Of a stretch of DNA of 64,000 nucleotides, positions 56,189 to 64,000 are shown one piece after another. A model generated the notes under the pieces. It searched no databases, was not told where the DNA came from, and worked only from the letters and a program-made list of their open reading frames with translations. Source of the stretch: Tubulanus polymorphus (lineage: Eukaryota > Animalia > Nemertea); contig NC_134025.1 of the NCBI RefSeq assembly GCF_964204645.1, forward strand, positions 25,710,299-25,774,298, in the 5' to 3' direction. The first letter of the stretch is position 1, and every line of letters begins with the position of its first letter. The position numbers and the translations under genes were made by a program.

Positions 56189-58700
56189 TTATCTCTTTAT
56201 GTTAATTCCAGCATTCAATCACTCAAAGATCACAGCTTAGTTTGAAGTGAGTTTTCAATCGTTAAAACTCATTTATTTCCTGATCAAAGTTGGAATTATC
56301 AAGATCTTTATATTTGCATACATATTTTCAGTGAACAGAGCTATGGAGGTTTTGGGACCCAACAGTCAATCTCAAATACCGCTGGTTTAAAACATTGATG
56401 AAAATGGTAAGTTTTTGATTCGGTGTAAAACTGCTCTTATTTCATAACACCTTAACTGACAATTTCTAACATTTGTTTTTAGGAGCTGAAATGAGTGGAA
56501 CCCTTGACAGAATCTGTGAACAGTAAACATTGGGAATTCACTTCACATTTGTTAAAGATGGACATCACTTTAGATCCTCAAAACAAAAACGGTACCAGTA
56601 AATATCTCTACAGATTCTAGTGTCTGTTTGAATGTAAATTTATAAACTCATTTCCTGATTAGAAGCTACAATCAGAGAAGGCGAATTTTCAATCACTTCT
56701 ATTCTGGTCAAATTTCAAATCGTCAGAATTATACAAGTTTTGTGTATTCAAGGGCCCAAAATCAAGCTGAACTTGCAGTAAACATTGCGCTCTACAAATC
56801 AAACAAGTCAGAAGTGGTGAGTTTTATATTAATTTTTATTGCAGTAATTTGTGGTGATCTTCAAATCAAGTCCAGAAAATGATGTGTTTGATCGGTCAAT
56901 GTTGGCAGATATCAACGCTTTACTAGAGGACGCAGTTTAAAGCTACCATAAAACACTTCAGAAATCTGAATACACTCAAAATATTGTGATAAACTACTCA
57001 TTAACCTGGTGGGTTTTCTGTCAATCGAACACAAACAAATTGCAGTTTCTATTTATTTCATCAACCATTTTCTGGCATGATTTTCTCTTCCAGATTGCAA
57101 TACACCCAACACTATTGGAGCTGGAGAAATTAAGAATATTCACCTTCAAAGAGTGAAGAAGTTCAGCTATTCTTTTAAAAAACTATTCTTTTAAGAAAGT
57201 AATTTTCTCTGTACCTGGTTCTAGCTTGTTATAAAACTTAACAGTTCAATTACTTATATATGTTTATTTTCTCAGATCAGTTCTCTGAACTTCATGACAT
57301 TATGACTCATGGGAGTGAAATCCTGCTAGATGGCACTGAGCTAATCCGATACAAGCTTAGAGATGGTGAGTTTTTCATCACTCCATTGTGCTCTTAATTT
57401 GAAAATATTCGAACAATCAATTATTCTGTACAGAATTTTTGTGTGATTCTCTGCCGCCGACGCTGAATCCTCAATCAATTCTGCTGAACACAATTTTGAA
57501 AATGATTGATTTTCTTATAGAATTTAGCCCCAATTTCTGACTGCTATAGTTTTCTAAATACGTTGCTAATTCTTTTCATAGTATAACAATTTATTGCAGC
57601 ATGAAATTTATCCAATAGAACAATTTGAAAACTGATCAAAGATTGAATAATGGTGTTGAATTATCTAGAATTATAAGGTAATCATAAATTCTAGTTTCCG
57701 AAATATTTCATGAAAACAATTCCCATTTGACTGTTAATTCAATCGAACACTTTCAACGTAATATTTGCAGATGCAAGTTTTCTCTCTTATTTTAGGAAGA
57801 AGTGGGGACCAATATGCCATTTTACATGGACAGTGACCAGCCATCTACCTGGAGATCGATATGCTGCCACTTATTTCCGAGATCTGCAATTTTAAAGTTT
57901 AAAGTCAAATATATTACCGGCATTATATTGTGCTGGCGTGGGCAGGCGACAGTTGTTCTGTTAGTGATGGTTTCGTAGACTGCGTATCACATATATATAA
58001 AAACAATAGCGTAATTTTTGCTAATAAATTGCCTGACTCGGGCATAGAATATATGATTTAAACCCCGCTATATGCAAATTCAAAAGATTAAAGGCGTAAT
58101 TTATTTATCAAGAATCAGAATCAAAATAATAAAAGTAAATGAAGAAATAACTAGAACAACCTATGCCTAACAAAACCTCTCAACCTAAGCACTTAACACC
58201 TGCTAGCTTTACTTTTCTCAATTAACTTGTTTTCCCCTCTCTATTTTTCTCTGTTTTAGTTGTTTCTTCAGATTTGACAATGGTCTCTAGAGAGACTCCT
58301 AAATGTTGTCTTCTAATCATTTTAAGTTTGTGTAAAGTGGGTTTTAATTTACGCACTCCCTGTAACTGCATTAGTTTGTAATTGTTTGTACCTCCGGACC
58401 CAGGTTCATTGGTCTGGTTTTGTATTAGATTTGTATGATACACATGTATAATGTAAATGGACATATTTTAAGTCAATCAATGAAACCAAAACTTGGATTT
58501 GTAAATGTATAAATTTGTGTGATCTGTGTGTAATGGACATATTTTATAAGACTGTAAAGTCCCACAATCAATGAATCCAAAATGTCGAAATATCGACATG
58601 TTTTCTTTATTATGGGACTATAATATTTGTGCGAACTGACGTTACTGCTGTTTTGTTTGAAATAAAGATGAATTTTCTGTGTTGTTCTATTTATGAATAC

Positions 58701-58945
58701 AGACGCCAGCAGTTTCGCACACGCAGCGCGTCACATCCCACTGGTTCAGTTTCATAGAAATAATTTACTCAAAAAGTATTCATTCATTGGGGCGGTAAAC
58801 TCGAATTGGGTTGCTGAAGTTTTTTTAAGAAATTGAACCGAGGGTCCAGCTTCACATACCAATTGCGTTCAAACATGCATTATATATTATGAAAAAAGTC
58901 TGAATCAAAGTGAAGTTTTATGAAGTGTGCGAAACTGCAGCATCT
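58701..58945. mobile_element. MITE-like element with terminal inverted repeats
   Basis: GCAGTTTCGCACAC (58709-58722) is the exact reverse complement of GTGTGCGAAACTGC (58925-58938), with imperfect extension outward. Confidence 0.55.
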
Positions 58946-58993
58946 AAAACTGATTGAAACCCTTCCGCATCAAGAACCAAATCCTACCTAGTA

Positions 58994-59143
58994 GGGTACG
59001 GTTTCATAGATATATGAACTTGAAAAGAACAACAAAACAGATAATGAAGAAATATCATCTACTTGGCCTTTTGCGAGACCGCAACGCATTAATTTCTTCA
59101 CAAATTTAGTTAAAAAGTTGATTGTATCTGTGAAACTGGCCCC
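58994..59143. mobile_element. degenerate MITE-like element
   Basis: GGGTACGGTTTCATAGATA pairs imperfectly with TATCTGTGAAACTGGCCCC. Confidence 0.4.
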
Positions 59144-59265
59144 TAGCTAGTGCTCAGATAAAGTTGTTCATGTAGGCCTCGTGTGAGGATTCATATCCTG
59201 GCATGCGAAGTTATCATTCTTTCCCTGGCATGCGAGGATTCATTGGTTCTTGCCCTGGGTGGGCA

Positions 59266-59382
59266 CACAGGGACTTGCCACAAAAAAAAAATTTGACCCC
59301 AGTATCCTAGGTACTATACATAAAAAAGTCTTTTTATATATAGTACCTAGGATACTGGGGTCAAAATCCTTTTGTCCCTGTG
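59266..59382. mobile_element. palindromic MITE, copy 2 (same family as 20915-21038)
   Basis: Shares TTTGACCCCAGTATCCTAGGTACTATA...AAAAAAGTCTTTTTATATATAGTACCTAGGATACTGGGGTCAAAATC core; small deletion in right arm. Confidence 0.85.
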
Positions 59383-59752
59383 GGTGCGAGGGTTTCAATT
59401 TGATGCTTTACCATGCCAAAAATTTCTCAAAATGGCGGGTGCGTTTTACTTCTGAAAAGAGAAAATGCTTGCATTTTATGACGACCAACGTTATTTACAT
59501 TTTGGATTTAAATGCATGCAATTGTTAATGTTAACAAGTTTGTAAAACAATGCGGAATAAATAGAAAATGTTTGTCTTGCGTGCGTTATTTAACGTCGCT
59601 TTTGCGTCGAAAAACAAGCCAGAATACGTCTACTCCGCCTTTTCAGGGATCGAACCCGGGGCACCTTTTTCATCCTCTATTCAGCATCGGTACCACTGAA
59701 ATCAAAAGCAGTAATTTCTGGATTCGAACCCGGTACTGCCTACTTTATCAAT

Positions 59753-60703
59753 GATTCTATGATCGCCATCTATTGGAATTTGGCTGAACTGACTAGACAA
59801 CTTGAACAGTCTCACTGACTCTCTTTAATCCGTTAAAATCACACTCGCCATCTGGTGGATATAATCATCTTTAAACTGTAGTAGCATAGAAATCCACCAT
59901 CAGTGTGATTTCAGCACATTGATATGAAAACCTCCACTGTTCATTTTGTAAAATTATCATGAATGTTAGGACGTTATCATATGTACATTAGCGTAAAGCG
60001 TCTATCAATGATTAATTTTAGTTCAATTCTTTCCAAGATATCTTTTTTAATTCGTATCTGAATGATAGGTTCTGAAAGAGCCGCGGCCCTGACTTATTTG
60101 TTTAGACAATTTTTTATGACTACGGCCTTTCGTAAATCTTGACACGGTAAACTCGAGGACCTCCAAAGAAATTCCGTATATTCCGTGACCAGCACGCACG
60201 AGACAGAATTTAGGCTAAATAATAACCCCTTATACATTAACTTTAGGCAAGGATATAAGAAGGATATTAGATTTGAAAACTATATACATCGACCTGATGA
60301 CGACTTAGTGACCAGTATTTTACTTGTACGTTTTAGGCGACGAACTACATTTCATTTTTGACTAACTTACTTGCAGAATTCCGTAAAAACTACTTAAATT
60401 CAAATACCTTTCAGAACCTTGATGTTTTAAAAAATCCAACTTTAAGAGCTGGCTAAATTCATGAAATTAGGTCTGGACGTAGGCTAGATCCCTCCGGGTA
60501 GTATGTAAATGTATGTTGTAAATGCGTTTGTTATGTTTTAAAATACTGGCCCTCCATACCATGCAAATGGAGTGTAATAAGTATTCGTATTCGTATGTAT
60601 TCGCATTCTCCAGGTCGTGTATTCATTGAAGTAGAGTCAGGTGAGACAAAAGCTGTCTAGCCGGTTTAGCCAAATTCCAATAGACGGCGATCACGTAGAA
60701 ATC
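59753..60703. mobile_element. ~950 bp non-autonomous element with ~70-bp imperfect terminal inverted repeats
   Basis: TGATCGCCATCTATTGGAATTTGGCTGAACTGACTAGACAACTT...GTCTCACTGACTCT (59760-59822) pairs with AGAGTCAGGTGAGAC...AAGCTGTCTAGCCGGTTTAGCCAAATTCCAATAGACGGCGATCA (60633-60693). Confidence 0.7.
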
Positions 60704-60715
60704 TTACCCCTGTGA

Positions 60716-61101
60716 AGCCGGCTACCGGTTCCCGGTTCCCGATTCGGCTCCCGATTCAAAAACATTTTGAATCGGGAGCCGAACCGGTAGCCGGCTACTG
60801 GTTCCAGGTTCCCGATTCGGCTACCGATTTAAAATGGTTTTGAATCGGGAACCGGGAACCAGTAGCCGGCTCCCGGTTCGGCTCCCGATTGAAAATCATT
60901 TTCAATCGGGAGGAAATCGTTCTACGCATGGTGTTAATTCAGACGTCTCGATTAGCCTGGTGGCCGAGGTCAGGTTGCACTCATTTCAGCAGACATAGTT
61001 ACGTAATTATGTTTACCCGCTGTCCGCAATAGAATCGAATAAGTAGCCAGCTTCGCATTTTGAATCGGGAGCCGAACCGGTAGCCGGTTACTGGTTCCAG
61101 G
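60716..61101. repeat. array of nested palindromes (CCCGATTCAAAA-nnn-TTTTGAATCGGG)
   Basis: Three hairpins centred ~60763, ~60836, ~60897 plus a half copy at 61058-61101. Confidence 0.85.
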
Positions 61102-61720
61102 GTCATTCTGAATCTGTATCTGGCAGTAATTACTGGGTTCGAACCCGCGACACCCCGGTACGTCATCATCATCATCAGGACCACTCAGAGCAGTAATTTT
61201 ACTGGGTTCGAACCGCGACCCGGGATCCACAGAGGGAAAACCAAAATTTATCGATTTTATTATATATACGGTAGAAAGATTTACAAATTCAATAACACAA
61301 TCCAATAAACTTGTTTAAATGAACAGACAGAACTTAGTATAACTTTTGTGAAACTTATCGAAGACGAAGCCGTCCCGGTTGAATCACACGCGGCCGGGCC
61401 GTGAGGTTTGGAGTAGTCAACTCGTAAAACTCGGTAAATCGTAAAACGAAGTGATGTAAGGAAGTAGTAACTCGTAAAATGTAAGTCGTAATTCGTAAAG
61501 TCGTATGAGACCCTTGACGAATTCCATGAATTCCATGATTTTATCTAGTCTGAGTAACCTGTCTGTGGTTTAGTTTCACGATCGGATATTTTCACAAACG
61601 ACAATATAATGGTATAAGCTCATCCGATTATAGATAGCTTACCACCGACGATTAGGTAACTAACTCACATTTTATCAGAACCTCAAGCCACGAGAGCCAC
61701 TAAGGAGTTTAATTGCCTTA

Positions 61721-61892
61721 ACCCTGGGCCACCTTCGGTTTTCTGAGTTAGTCGACTATAGTCGAGCTAAACGAAATCGAATGTCCGTTAGTCGGAACTA
61801 TATTCCGGAAATAGTTCGAAAATCAAGGGCATTCGGTTATTAGTTCCGACCACTAGTCGACTAAACCGAATTTGGCCCTGGCAAGCGAGGGT
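61721..61892. mobile_element. MITE-like element (ACCCT...AGGGT ends); related end at ~43847-43863
   Basis: Left ACCCTGGGCCA, right TGGCCCTGGCAAGCGAGGGT, internal TTCGGTT...TAGTCGACTA / TAGTCGACTAAACCGAA symmetry; CCCTGGCAAGCGAGG also occurs near 43847. Confidence 0.55.
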
Positions 61893-62336
61893 ATACTGTG
61901 GCATGCGAGCATATGCCAGATTACTCGCATCCCACAGTCAACTCAGACTCGTCACACTCGCGTGACCAATTCAATTCAATGACCGGACCGTGGCGCTACC
62001 TATTGATGATTCATCCAAGTGTGAAGTGTCAACAGTCCAACACTGAAAATAAATTTTGACAGTTCCTTTTTGAATTTTATAGTAGTTGTAGGTTTCTTCG
62101 AACCGTAAAGGTAAATTGAGAAGTTTCTAGATTACAAAGTTAAGAAATAAGGATTAGATTTAGAAACCATAAATGGGTCTATTGATTTGCGTGTCAGAAA
62201 GAAGTAAACAGAATTGAATATATTTACCAGCCCGAACTTAAAAAAATTAAGTTTTTGACATGTCAATGTGCGGTGGCTTCCTGAAATAACTTCTTTTCAA
62301 GATCTGATATATTTTTGCTTATTTTCAATGGGAAAG

Positions 62337-63920
62337 ATGCCACTGGAATGGTTATTTGGGCGCAAGAAAACGCCGGAGGAAATGCTTCGGCAGAACCAGC
62401 GGTTGTTGACTCGCGCGATGAGAGATCTGGACCGGGAGCGGTCGAAGATGGAACAACAAGAGAAAAAGGTCATCAATGATATAAAAAAGATGGCAAAAGA
62501 AGGTCAAATGGTAAGTAGTAATTATAAGAAGGAAAATTACAATTGTGTGCGATGACTGTCGCTCCAACTGCATAGAATCCCCTTGCCTCGGAAAAAATTG
62601 ATTGGTGTCTTGAGATCCAGGGATTCAGCAAACAGTACTGAAAGTACATTTCTAGATAAGAGCAAAATCAAATTCTCTTATTCTATTTTTTTCTTGTATT
62701 CTGTTTCATATATGGTATATACAAAATGATTGTATTATTTGATTATTATATTATATATTATTTAATTTTAATTAAATTAGGATGCAGTTAAGATCATGGC
62801 TAAAGATTTGGTGCGAACTCGACGTTATGTGAAAAAATTCATTCTGATGAAAGCTAATATTCAAGCGGTTTCATTGAAGATTCAGACACTTAGGTCAAAT
62901 AATACCATGGCCCAGGCTATGAAAGGTGTCACAAAGGCTATGCAAACTATGAATAAACAGGTAAAAATTGCTACAAGAGGATTCATTACTTTCATGTGAT
63001 GGTTTTGTTATTTCATTCGGTTGACACCAAATCTTGTGTGGGTAAAACTTTTCGTTGAAGCCTTATCATCTGAATTTATCTATCAGAATTTCATTTCCAT
63101 CTATGTTTTTTTAATTTTCAGTTGAAACTACCGCAGATACAGAAGATCATGATGGAATTCGAAAAACAATCGGAGATCATGGACATGAAAGAGGAAATGA
63201 TGAATGACGCGATAGATGATGCAATGGGAGATGAGGATGATGAAGATGAAAGGTGAGAGATTGATTTAGTCGATGACAGATTTTGAAAAAATTATCTGTA
63301 AAATGCCGGTACCACTTACACAGAGTTGTGAGTGTAGATTACTTGAAACTTACCAACAGTTAGGGTAACTGGCTCCAGAATATTGATAAGAGTCTAGAGT
63401 CTCACCTACTCACTTACTCACAACTTTTTCACTGTACATGTATTTCATCATTCCACCTGTTAGAAAACAGCAGAATTTTCATGTATTCAAAAGAATTTTT
63501 AATTCTTGAATTTTAGTCATCAATTGTGGGATTTCGCATTAATCATATTTTTTACCAACAATGAGTGTCTTTCAACAATGGATATACTAGTCTAAATGTG
63601 TTTCATGCTTCATTCTAGCGATGCTATTGTCTCACAAGTATTAGACGAATTAGGTCTACAAATGGCTGACCAGCTCTCAGGTAAAAACATTCATTTAAGT
63701 CATAATAAATTCTTTCATATTAGTATCTTATTGGTAAGTTAGGTAATTATCGGTAATATTGTTTACTATAGATATCCCAACGACCGGTGGAACAATTGCG
63801 ACCCCAGCATCGAAACAACCGGCAGCTGCTGCAGCTGCTGCAGGAGGAGGTGCCACTGGAGGAGTAAGCGATGCGGATGCTGATTTGGAGGCGAGATTAG
63901 AGAATCTTCGCCGACTTTGA
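62337..63920 (+). CDS. CHMP2A: charged multivesicular body protein 2a (ESCRT-III, Vps2); exons 62337-62510, 62781-62960, 63122-63252, 63619-63680, 63772-63920
   Basis: LFGRKKTPEEMLRQNQR...DAVKIMAKDLVRTRRYVKKFILMKANIQAVSLKIQTL...LKLPQIQKIMMEFEKQSEIMDMKEEMMNDAIDDAMGD...DADADLEARLENLRRL; canonical splice sites. Start could alternatively be ATG 62328. Confidence 0.96.
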
Positions 63921-64000
63921 ATTAATCCATGGAAGTGCGATAGACAATTCTTCTTCACGTACATGATGAAAAATCAAAGCTTCACAGATTGTCTGAAAGG

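Overview
AT-rich animal (invertebrate, probably bilaterian; taxon is an inference) genomic DNA with short (~60-130 bp) GT-AG introns. No prokaryotic features or CRISPR array. Left to right: (1) a >22 kb intron and the first coding exon (signal peptide-LNS1-EGF1) of an alpha-neurexin on the minus strand; the intron holds a clean solo LTR, decayed retroelement sequence and a palindromic MITE; (2) ECT2L (minus) head-to-head with KIF6 (plus), the latter with a U12-type intron; (3) a PLP-dependent Cys/Met gamma-lyase tail-to-tail with an orphan secreted, probably GPI-anchored protein; (4) a ~13 kb block that is a tandem duplication of a ~6.5 kb unit containing ~200 bp inverted repeats, G-rich arrays, CAG tracts and exon-like pieces without a continuous ORF; (5) a cluster of small inverted-repeat elements; (6) CHMP2A. 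The most interesting unannotated signal is the splicing architecture of the neurexin intron: two 27-nt frame-preserving microexon candidates (one with a hairpin hiding its own 5' splice site), a zero-length AG|GT recursive-splicing candidate and a stop-containing exon candidate. All were read by eye and need RNA-seq and homology checks.
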